From positions 86,449,756 through 86,513,755 of the forward strand of contig NC_058131.1 in the NCBI RefSeq assembly GCF_016433145.1: a stretch of 64,000 nucleotides of DNA, given 5' to 3'. Origin of the DNA: Gracilinanus agilis (taxonomy: Eukaryota). Made by a program: the position numbers and the translations under genes. This document shows positions 24,460 through 36,372 of this stretch, one piece after another. The notes under the pieces were generated by a model. It did no database searches, was not told the origin of the DNA, and worked only from the letters and a program-made list of their open reading frames with translations. The first letter of the stretch is position 1, and each line of letters begins with the position of its first letter.

Positions 24460-27400
24460 TAATTAATTCTAATTCATACATGTAGCTAAAGACATGAATC
24501 ATAAAGTAAAAATACTCTAAAAGTAAAACACTGGAGGAAAGAGAAAGAACAAAAAGTAAAGTTAGTATTAAAGAAGGAAATTAAAATGGAGGGGAATATA
24601 CAGGTGGTAATCATAACTGTGAATGTGAATAGGATGAACTCACCCATAAAACACAAGCAGATAGCAGAATGGACATGTAGTCTACAAGAAACCTACATGA
24701 GGCAGATTGACATACAGAGGGTAAAGATAAGGATCTAGAGCAGAATCTATTGGGCTGCAATTAAGACAAAGAAGACAGGAGTAGTAATCATGATCTCAGA
24801 CAAGGCTAAAGTAAAAATAGATTCAATTAAAAGATACAAGGAAGGAAACTACATCTTTAAAAGGTAACAAGTAATAAAGAAATACCAGTACTTGACATAC
24901 ATACATCAAATGGTACAGTTTCCAGATTTTTAAAGGGGAAATTGAAGGAGCTTATTGGAGGAAATAGTTTAAAAAACCATTCTAGTGGGGGACCTCAATC
25001 TTCCCCTATCAGAACTAGACAAATAGAACCAAAAATAAATTTAAAAGTAAGGAAAGTAAATTAAATGTTAGAAAAATTAGATCTAATAGATGTCTGGAGA
25101 AAACTGAATAGGGATAAAAAGGAATATACTTTCATTTCTGCAGCACATGGTACATATACAAAGATTGGTCATGTACTAAGGCATAAAAACATAGCAGAAA
25201 AATCAGAAATAATAAATACAACTTTTTCAAATCATAATGCAATAAAAATCATAAGGTTTCATGGAGAGGCAAATTTAAAAATAATTGGAAATTAAATAAT
25301 CTAATTCTTCAAAACTGGTGGGTCAAAGAACAAATTAAAGAAACAATTACTGATTCCACTGAAGAGAACAACAATGAGGAGACAGCATATTAAAATCTAT
25401 GGAATACAGCCAAAGCAGTACTCAGGGGAAAATATATAACCCTGAGTGCCTATATCAACAAATAGAAAGGGAGGAGATTAATGAATTGGACATGCAACTT
25501 AAACAACTAGAAAAAGAACAAATTAAAAAAAACAGATAAAAACTAAATTGGAAATCATAAAAATTAAAGGAGAAATTAATAAAATTGAAAGTAAAAGAAC
25601 TATTTAATTAATAAGACTAAGAACTTGTCTTTGAAAAAACAAATTAAATAAAGTATTGGTTAACCTAATTAAAAAAAGGAAAGAAGGGAATCAAATTAAC
25701 AGTATTAAAAATGAAAAGGGCAATATTACCTCCAAGGAAGAGGAAATTAGGGCAATTTTAGAGGTATTTTGCCTAATTATGTGACAAGAAATATGACAAT
25801 ATAGGTGAATTGGATGACTATTTACAAAAAATAAAAATCATCCAGATTATAAAAGAGGAAATAGGATACTTAAATAATCCTGTATCCAAAAAACAAATTG
25901 AATAAGTCATTAAGGAACTTCCTAAGAAAAAATCACCAAGACCAGATGGATTCACAACTGAATTATATCAAATATTTAAAGAACAACTAATTCTAATACT
26001 ACACAAACTATTTGACAAAATAAACAAAGAAGGAGTCTTACAAAATTCTTTTTATGACACAAATGTAGTACTGATTCCCAAGTAAGGAAGACCAAAAACA
26101 GAAAGAAAATTATACACCAATCTTCCCAATGAACATAGATGCAAAAATATTAAAGAAAATATTAGCATGATTATTCACTATGACCAGGTGGGATTCAAAC
26201 CAGGAATGAAGGGCTGGTTTAATATTAGGAAAACTATCCACATAATTGACCATATCAACAGCAAAACTAACAAAAAAAAACACATAATTATCTCAGATGC
26301 AGAAAAAGCCTTTGACAAAATACAACACCCATTCCTATTGAAAACACTAGAAAATTTAGGTATAGAAGGGCCTTTCCTCAAAATAATAAGCCGTATATAT
26401 TTAAAACCATCAGCAAATATCATCTGTAATGAAGGCAAGTTAGAAACCTTCCCAATGATATCAGGAATGAAGCATGGATGCCCATTATCACCTCTACTAT
26501 GTAATATTATACTGGAAATGCTAGCAGTAGTAATTAGAGAAGAAAATGAAATGGAAGGAATTTAAGTAGGCAATGAGGAAACTAAACTATCACTCTTAGA
26601 AAATATGATGGTATATTTAGATAATCCTAGAAAATCAACTAAAAAGCTAGTGGAAATAATTAAGCACTTTAGCAAAGTTGGAGGGTACAAAATAAACCCA
26701 CACAAAACATCTGTATTTCTATATATTTCCAACAAAACACAGTAGCAAGAGTTGAGAAAGAGAAACTCCATTTAAAATCACTCAAGACTATATAAAATAT
26801 TTGAGAATTTATTTGTCAAGACAAACACAGAAATCATATGAACAGAACTACAAAACCATTTTCATACAATTAAAACTAGATCTAAGTAATTGGAAAAACA
26901 TTAATTACTCATGGGTAAGATGAGCTGATTTAATAAAAATTATAATCCTACTTAAATTAATCTACTTATTCAGTGCCATACCTATCACAAAACCAAGAAA
27001 CTTTTTATAAAATTAAAAAGAACTATAATAAAGTTCATCTGGAAGAATAAAAGATAAAAAAATATCAAGAGAAGTAATGAAAAAATGTGAAGGATGGTGG
27101 TTTACCAGTACCAGATCTTAAACTGTACTATAAAGTGGTGATCAGCAAAACAATATGGTATTGGCTGAGACAGAAGGATGGATCAATAGATTAGAATAGG
27201 GATAAATAAGCCCGGCAAGCTAGTATTCAATAAGCCCAAATATCCCAGCTTTGAGGACAAAAACTCACTATTTAACAAGAACTTCTGGGAAGAATGGAAA
27301 ACAGTATGGAAAAAATTAGGTTTAGAACAACATGTCACACTCTATACCAAGACATTCAAAATGGATAAATGACTTAAACATGAAGAGTGAAATCATAATT

Positions 27401-28640
27401 AAGTTAGGAGAGCATAGGATACTATACCTGTCAGATCTATGGGAACAGAAGGAATTTAAGACCAAAAAAGAGACAGAAAACATTACAAAATGTAAAATGA
27501 ATAATTTTGATTATATTAAATTAAAAATTATAAAAATGTTTTGCACAAAGAAAACCAATGCAATCAAAATTAGAAGGGAAGCAACGAAATGGGGGGAAAA
27601 TTATAACAAAACTCTCTGACAAAAGTCTAATTTCCCAAATATAAAGGAACTAAGTCAAATTTACAAAAAAAAAAAATCAAGTCATTCCCCAAATGACAAA
27701 TGATCAAGAGATATGAATAGGTAGTTTTCAGATAAATAAATCATAACTACCAATAATCACATGAAAAAGTATCTTAAATCTCTCCTCATTAGAGAAATAT
27801 AAATCAAAACAAATCTGAGGTACCACCTCACACCTAGTACATAGGCCAATATGACAGTAAAGGAAAATAATAAATAATGGAGGGATGTGCTAAAATTTGG
27901 ACACTAATACGTTGCTGGTGGAATTGTGAGTTGATCCAACCATTCTGGAAGGTAATTTGGAATTATGCCCAAAAGGTTTTAAAAGAATGCATAACCTTTG
28001 ATCTAGATATATGACTACTAGGTTTGTAGCCCAAAGAGATAAAAAAATGTTCGTACAAAAATATTTATAGCTGAACTTTTTGTCATGGCAAAAATGGGGG
28101 GATGTCCATTGATTGGGGAATGGCTGAACAAACTGTGGTACACGATGGTGATAGAATATTATTGTGCTGTAAAGAAATGGTGGATTTCCAAGTGAACTGG
28201 AAGAACCTCCATGAATTGATGCAGAGTGAAACAAGCAGAACTAGGAGAATATTCTACACAGAAACTGAAATATGATGGCACTATCAAATGTAACGGATTT
28301 TGATACTAATAGCAATGAAATAATCCAGGACATTCAAAAGTGACTTATGAGAAAGAACATACTATCCACAACCTGAGAAAGAACTGTGGGAATAGAAATG
28401 CAGAAGAAAAACATATTGTTTATCACATGGTTCTATGGGTATATGCCTGGGGGTTTTGGTTTTAAAAGATCACTCTATTATGAACATGAATAATATGGAA
28501 ATAGGTTTTGAGCAGTGATACATGTATAACACAGTAGAAGTGCTTGTCAGTTCCGTAAGGGAGGAGGGAAGAAGAAAAGGACAGAAAATGAATCATGTAA
28601 CCATAGAAAAATATTCTAAATCAATAAATAAAGAAATTTA
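24460..28640 (+). mobile_element. L1 LINE, near-full-length degenerate ORF2 plus 3' UTR, antisense to SLC8A1. The 5' end runs into the gap.
   Basis: Endonuclease start (ataactgtgaatgtgaataggatgaactcacccataaaa), ORF fragments KLDLIDVWRKLNRDKKEYTF and IIHYDQVGFKPGMKGWFNIRK..DAEKAFDKIQHPFL..GCPLSPLL, many stops and frameshifts, and a polyA-like end. Confidence 0.95.
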
Positions 28641-30150
28641 AGTAAAAAGAAATCTATGCTGGAATTATAAACCACTGAGCTTCTGCTTTGAGGATCTAGG
28701 TGAGGGAATGTCTAGAAGACAAGGCTCAAGATGACAATGCCATGGAGGGAGATTTCCTTGGGGTAGGATAGCTTATAGTACTGTGGAGCCATGAGCAGTT
28801 TATAAAATATAAGAATGACCCAGTTGCAGTCCTATTTCAGATCAAACTATTTTCAACATTATGCAGAGTGGGAAATGGAACTTGAGGAGTTTTCTAGATA
28901 TTTTGACTAAGTCAAAAAATAACCTTACCTTCACTTGTCTCATCAACTTTCTGATAAGCATCTCAGACCTACTCCATGTCAGACCCTTGCTTTTCTCTAA
29001 GATCTTTATGTAAAAATTTCCTGGGGCTCAGTTATGTCTCTGGCCTTGAGATTCCAAACAAATGCATTCAGCAGTCTCATCCTAGCTGGCAGAAAGATAG
29101 GACATTATGGAGCTCTCTTGGTAATATTCATTTTGCTTTAACCCCTCTATGATATGGGATAACTTACTTTTCAACATTTATTCACATATTTTAAAAGACC
29201 ATAAAAATTCTGAAATCTAATGTAGGCTGGAAAAGAGCCTCACCCTAAACTAAAAAGGAGAGTTTCCAAAATGGTTTAGAGGTGTTAAGGAACTCATTTC
29301 AAGCTCAAAGGAACTGAGCCACAAGTGTAACAAGAGGACAGAGTCCAGAATATTCTATGCCTGTTAAGAAATAGGTCTGGTTTATTTTTTAAAAAAATAC
29401 TAAATAATACCACAGGTTTGTAATGTTGAAAGATGAAAAAGATGAGGGTATGGTATATACTGAAAGAATGGCATCTAATATGTTTTCAGTTTTATTCTAA
29501 GAAAAATGGTCAAAATAGTGAATCTCGATTCCTTTCAAAGTTGTTATTCTTCTTAGTAATTCTAACATCCATCCCTTCATTCATTCAGAATGTATTAGCC
29601 ATCTACTATGTGTCAAGCAGGATACTTGATTTTGGTTATAAAGAAGTAAAAAGGAAAGAGCTGAACATCCCCTAGGTTTTATATTTGAATCTTTAACACT
29701 AGAACAGTGCCTTGCATATAGTATGTGCTTAAAAATGTGAAGTCAACAGGTCTAGAAGAATTATATAATAACAACAGCATTGTCAAGAAAAAAGTTATGA
29801 AAGAGTTAAGAAATCTAATCAATTCAATAACTGAGCATGACTCCAGGGAACCAGTGATACATCCTGGCATAGAGATGAGGGACTCAGGACAAAGAATGAG
29901 ATACATTTTTTGAAATATCAAATGTGGGAATTTATTTCACTTCACTATGTTTATTATAAACATTTTACTTTTTTTTCCTATTGTGGGATTAGAAGGTAGG
30001 AGGATGAAAAGGTAAATATTTTTCAATTTCAAAACAACTTTTTAAAAGAAACTTCCATTTGTAACTCAGTTTTTTAATGTTAAAAATATTTTTTGTTAAA
30101 AGAAGGGATTTCTTTTTTTAATGTCCAGGGGTATTTTTTAATGGCTTTTT

Positions 30151-30349
30151 AAAAAAAAAACCTTATCTTCCATCTTGGAGTCAATACTTTGTATTGGTTC
30201 CAAGGCAGAAGAGTGGTAATAGCTAGGCAATGGATGTCAAGTGACATGCCCAGGGTCACACAGCTAGGAAGTGTCTGAGGCCAGATTTTAGCCTAGGACT
30301 TCCCATCTTTAGGGCTGGCTCTCAATCCAGTGAGCCAGCCAGCTGCCCC
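30151..30349 (-). mobile_element. SINE1-type SINE with near-perfect TSD
   Basis: Full head-to-tail copy flanked by tttaatggcttttt (30137-30150) and tttaatggtctttt (30350-30363). Confidence 0.9.
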
Positions 30350-30759
30350 TTTAATGGTCTTTTGAAGCTTACAGGGGGCTGATTGGGAATGAAAGCCTTT
30401 TGAACAATCATATATATCATGTCAGCAGAGAAAGAGGCAAGAAGAAAACCCTGCTACGTGGCACCTTTCTTAGCATAAACCATTGAAGGCTACCATTTGT
30501 AGATTTGTGCCAACTTGGACATCAACCTGAAGATCAGAGAATGAATGATTTTGTTTCCAGTGTAGACATTAGAAATAGTTACTATCCCAAAGTTAGTTTT
30601 TGGTAACTGAATGCCATCCCTATTTATGCCTACAAAGTCGATATTATCTAAGATATCAGGACTATAAATTTCCTTGACCCTCATCTGCCACTTCATGTCA
30701 TGGTTTGCAAGATGACCAGGTAATGATAGATCAATTTAAAATCCATCATCACTAATAGA

Positions 30760-33300
30760 AAAACAAGTCAAGGAATTCTACCACAACTACAATTTGACTC
30801 ATAAACTTTAAAAAAAATTAAACAAGGAAAAAAACTGCCTAGACTCTCAGAGGAGGAAACAATATTTAAATAAATGTATTTTAGAAAAAGAAATTGAATA
30901 CAGCATAAATGAACTTTCTAAGAAAAAAGCAGCAGGACTTACAAGTGAATTCTACCAAACATTTAAAAAATCAACCAATTCAAATACTAATTAATTAAAA
31001 AATAACAAATAAAGGATTTTTAACAAACTCCTTTTACAAAACAAATATGGTGCTGATACTTAAATCAGGAAGAGCAAAAACAGAGAATGAAAATTATAGA
31101 CCAGTTTCATTAATGAACATAGATGCAAAAATTATAAAATACTAGCTAGGGGACTGCAATAAAATACACAAAGATTATACATTGTGACAAAAGAAGACAT
31201 CAGGAATGTAGGGATAACTTAATATAAGGAAAAACCATCAACATCATTGATTATATTAATCACAAAAGCAATTTAAAACCATATGATTATATCAATAGAT
31301 GCAGAAAAAGCCTTTGACAAAATAGAAGATATATTCTATTAAAAACACTGGAAAGCAAAGTAGATTTTTTCTTAAAATGATAGAAAGAATATACCTAAAG
31401 GCATCAGCAAGTATTATTTTTAATGAAGATAAGCTAAAAGCCTTCCCAATAAGGTCAGGAGGGAATCAAGGATGCACATTATCATCAATATTATTGAACA
31501 TAGTATTAGAAACTTTGGAAGTAGCAATAATAGGAGAAAATGAAATTAAAGGAACCATAATGGGCAAAGAGTAATAAAATGCTCTCTTTTTGCAAAAAGT
31601 GTGATGGTATATTTGGAAAATCCTAGAGATTCGGCAAAGAAATTAGTTGAAATTGGCAATAATTTTAGCAAAGTAGTAGGATATAAAATGAACCTACATA
31701 AGTCATTACCATTTTTATATATTATTAACAAGTTCCTGAAAGAAAAAAATAGTAAAAGATACTCCATTTAAAATAACCACAGATAGAATAAAATACCTGG
31801 GAGTATACCTGCCAGAACAAACCCAGGAACTACAGGAACATAATTATAAAATATATTTTACAAGAATAAAGTCAGATCTAAATGACTGGAGAAATATTAT
31901 TTGTTTATGCATGGGCAGAGACAATATAATTAAAATGACAATACTATCTAAACTAATCTACTTATTCAATACCATTCTAATTAAATTACCAAAAAATATT
32001 TTATTTAACTTGAAAAATAACAAAATTCATTTGGAAGAACAAAAATCAAGAACAGCAAAAGAATCATTGAGAAGAGATTAAGGAAAGAGGTCAGTTTCAT
32101 ATTTTAAATTATATTATAAAGTAGTAATTATCAAAACTACTAGCTAAGAAATAGAAAAGTAGATCAGTGGACCAGGATGGTCATATAATAAGAAATACTA
32201 GTAAAAGATTATAGTAGCTTTGTATTTTAGAAAAGCATAGATCCAGCTTTTGGAAATAAGAAATCACTATTAGGCAAAACTGTTGGGACAACTGGAAGGT
32301 AGTTTGGTAGAAATGAGGCATAGACCAATATCTTACATCATTCACTAAGATAAGTTCAAAGTAGATATATAATCTAGACATAAAAGAAGATATCATAAGC
32401 AAATTGGAACTGGGATCATATTACCTGTCAGATTTATAAATAGGAGAATTTATGTCAATAAGAGAAGGACTATGAAATGTAAAAATGGATCATCTTGAGT
32501 ATATTAAATGGAAAAGTTTTTTATACAAATAAAACAAACGTTGCCAAGATTATGAGGAAAGCAGAATAATGTGAAAAAATTATAGGTAGCTTCTCAGATA
32601 GAAGTCTCATATCTAAAATATAAAGAGAACTTTGTCAACTTTATAACAATAAGAGCCATTTCTCAATTGATGAATGGGCAGAAGATATGAATAGATAATT
32701 TTCAGATGAAGTAATGAAATCCATAAATAGGTATTTGGGGAAAAATCATTATTGACAAGAGTAAACCCAAATAATTCTGATATATCATCTCCTACCCATC
32801 AGACTAGGTAAAATGAAAGAAGGGAAAAATGACAAATATTGGAGGAGATGTGGAAAATGAGGACACTAATACATTATTGGTGGAGCTGTGAAATGATACA
32901 ACCATTTTTGAGAATAATTTAGAATTATATCCAGATATTTATAAAACTCTGTACACCCTAAGCCCCATTAATAATGTTACTGGGTCTGCTTCCTAAGGAG
33001 GTCAGGGAAAAATATGCTCCAAGATATTTATAGTGGCTCTCATTGGGGTAGCAAAGAACTGGAAAATGAGGGAATACCCATCAAATAGGGAATGGCTAAA
33101 AAATTGTGATTTATGATTGTGACAGAATACTACTATTCCATAAAAAATGATGATCAGGTAATTAAAAAAATACTTGGAAAGAACAGCAAAATATATAGAA
33201 CCAAGAGAACATCATACACAGCTATGGATTTAATACTTGAAGAATAAATTGTGAATGGTCCCTCCAGAGAATGAACTGTAAATATTAAAGACATAATTTA
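30760..33300 (+). mobile_element. Older, more degraded L1 (RT to 3' end), antisense to SLC8A1
   Basis: ORF fragment IYLKASASIIFNEDKLKAFPIRSGGNQGCTLSSILLNIVLETL, the gatgcagaaaaagcctttgacaaaata motif, and a decayed C-terminal region. Confidence 0.9.
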
Positions 33301-34711
33301 TATAAAAAAAGAAAATGGGATAACATGAAAACATTAAAAGAAGACAATATTTCCTATAGTTTATTATCTTTCTGTTATTTCCTATATGTACCTGATTTAC
33401 ATAGACTTTTAAAAAAAGTATTTACATAGAAGCATTGTCTAACTTTTCTACTATTTCAATGGAGGGAGTTTATTTTGTAGAGCTGGATTATATTTAGGAC
33501 TGTATACATGGAATTTTAATTTGAATGACATATCTTCTTTCTCAGTGAAATGTAGACTGGTTTCAAGTTGAGACTATTGTTCCTTTTCTTTGTGGTAGGC
33601 ATTTAATGCTTGTTTGCTGATTTGGTGAAATTCGGTTTCTAAATAAACTTCTCAATAGAGTAAAGAAAAAGAAACTGAAAGGCATTTTAAGGATTATTTA
33701 ATCCAAAAGCCCCATTTCAGAGATGAGTAAACTGGGAGTCAAAGAATTAAAATGATTTGCTGAAGGTTTACACAGATGCCTAGTGGCAGATCCAATATTA
33801 GTTGTCATTCAAGGTCACTCTCAGTCCAATGCATTCTCTACTACATCCCCATATTTGGGGTCCTAGTGTGAATAGGACTTTTAGAAGCACTATCTCCCGA
33901 AATGCTGATATACCAGTTAGGCTGCATTTCCTAGGGGATGGGGGTGGGAGACATGAGAATGCCAACCCCTTTTTCAAAACACATGTGCAAAGTGTACAGC
34001 AAATACCCACTCAAAGAAGGATCAAAGAGCATCATAATTGTCTATGCAGGATGATATTGTTATCATTTCTAAAATAATTAGACCTGAAAAGTTGACACAG
34101 CCACAGTATCTATGCCACATAATTTAAAGCATGGGTTCAGAACTCTCTCAAATCTCCTCATAAACACTTATTTCCATGAAAATTGAACAAGATGTATTAG
34201 AATGGAATGATTGAATATATTTTGGCCTGCTGCCTCTCTTTTTTACACCCCTTATCTGACAGTCCTGATTTGATTTTTCCATTCTAAGCGCATGTGTCAG
34301 TGCTGGTTTCCATGGCTGCTTAAAATGAACTCTTACCTGGGGTTATCAGCATCACTATGGTCAGATTACTAAATGAGAATACCACAGTGTACATCATTGG
34401 GCAAGGCTACTAAATACAGATCCTCAAACATTTACTAATCATCTGTCTCTGTGACATAAGGCATTGTGGATATAAACATGAAAAATAACAGCCCTTGCCA
34501 TCTTCAAGGAGCTCCCCAGTACTAAATGGTGATAATAAAGGATAATGAGAAGATATCAAGCTCTATATGGCGAAGGCTGTCTGTGTTAATGAGATAAGTT
34601 TCCGTATAAGCAGGGGTTCTTAAGGTTTTTTGTGTCAGGGACTCTTTGGCAAGATGGTGAAGCTTATAGAACCCCTTATCAAAATAATGTTTTAAATGCA
34701 TAAAATACAAT

Positions 34712-34925
34712 TTTGTTGTTTAGTCATTTTGATCATGTCTGACTCTGGCCCCAGTTGGTATTTTCTTGACAAAGACACTGGATTTGTTTGCCAGCTCCTT
34801 CTGCAGATCTTTTACAGATGAAGAAACTGAGGCAAACATGGTTAAATGATTTTCCCAAGGTCATGCAACTAGTGTCAGAGGCCAGATCAGTCTTCTTGAC
34901 TCCAGGGCAAGAACCCCTGCTGTAT
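34712..34925 (-). mobile_element. MAR1-class CORE-SINE with RTE-like tail
   Basis: ttgttgtttagtca..ttttcttgacaaagacactgga..ttttacagatgaagaaactgaggc. Confidence 0.75.
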
Positions 34926-36104
34926 AAAAAGTAGAAACAATTGTATGAGTAGTCATTGTTGGACTGTAGCCAAATGGATAGTGGGATGCTTCCATAATCT
35001 AAATGCCTCAGGGAGATGTTCCTGGGTATTATACTCACCTCAGAGTAAATATGCCTACCTAATAACAATTCATCTTTCAATCAGAGCAGATGGTAAAATG
35101 GTCAAATCCAGGAACAAAGGCACAGTAGTACATCTGCTTTACTCCAAAGAATGACTATCTAACATGAGAGCAATAAATATGATTCATTGGCTGTGTCCTC
35201 AGCTTAGTACTGGGGAAGGTGCACTGGGGCTAGAGTCAGAGAATCTGGGTTCCATTGCCACCTCTGATGCTTTGTACCTGTATGACCTTAAACAAGTCAC
35301 TTAACCTCCCTGGAACTAAGTCTACTCATCCATATATAAGGGAGGTTACACTAGATGGTTGCTGAGATATATTTTAGTTCTCGATCTGTAATCCCTATAA
35401 TATGATTCCCTGAAGCATCAAAATAGTTCTGTTCCTATAATTATCAATTAGTATTGGCCTGGGGCAAGAGGCAAATAATTTTTCTATCTGTCCCATACAG
35501 TATTCCATTTCTAACGTAAGTTATACCCTGACTTCCTATTCAAAGTCAAACATGGGAACTGCTGATTGACAGTTATATATCAGATCATTTTATATTTTAG
35601 AACTAACTCATGATTCTCATCTGCCCCTTCCCACTACATCTGTGTAATCCCAGCTGGTTTTAATACCTGAAGATAAGCAAATGATGGGTGTTTCTAAGAC
35701 CAGTGAACACAACACTCCAAATATGGATACTAGAGATTTTCAGAGATTTTCTAATACTTCTGCAGGAAAGCAGTGTGCCAGAGGAATATACTGGTCTTAA
35801 CCTGCCCGTTCCATCTGAGATCCAAAGCAATTTTCCTGTCCTCAGCTTTATGGCAATCATCTTATTAACATCTATGGGAACCAAAGAGAGAATGCTGATT
35901 TTTCTCAGTGAACACAATCTAACCATAAGCTTGACTTTTTTGTCTAACTTGTCTCATGTAGAGTATTCATCAGGCTGCCCAACCAAATGAATGGGTCCTG
36001 CAGAGAGAGAGAAAGAATGGCCATAAAGGGGAGCTCAAGTCTTAACTACTGCTTTGGCAGGGTTTATTGGACTAGGATTTAGTGCAAGGTCATATCACCC
36101 AAGA

Positions 36105-36372
36105 ATGAGCGAGGTGGCTCAGCAGATGGAGCACTGGACTTGGAGTCAGAAAAGTCTTTGTTCCAATTCAGCCCCAGACACTTACTAGCTATGTGATCCT
36201 GGTCAAGCCGCTTAGCTTCTGTTTGCTTAAATCCACTACAGAAGGAAAAGGCAAACTTCTCTAGTATCCTTGCCAAGAAAACTCCACGGACAATATTGCC
36301 ATGAGATGGTCCGTGGAATGACAAAAAATTAGACATGACTAAGCAATTCAACAACACTAACAACAAAGTATC
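36105..36372 (+). mobile_element. MAR1-class SINE with RTE/Bov-B-like tail
   Basis: tRNA-like head, then gaaggaaaaggcaaac..ccttgccaagaaaactcc..gacatgactaagcaattcaacaac. Confidence 0.8.

Noticed and set aside
25065-27619. ORFs with endonuclease/RT-like motifs
   Set aside because: Fragments of a disrupted L1 ORF2, not host genes or an active element.
30490-30696. 68-aa minus-strand ORF in apparently non-repetitive sequence
   Set aside because: No recognisable domain or splice context; its length is expected by chance.
34331-34371. Strong minus-strand donor CAG|GTAAGA at 34337 with a possible 32-nt exon
   Set aside because: The upstream acceptors are weak, so it is most likely an orphan cryptic donor.
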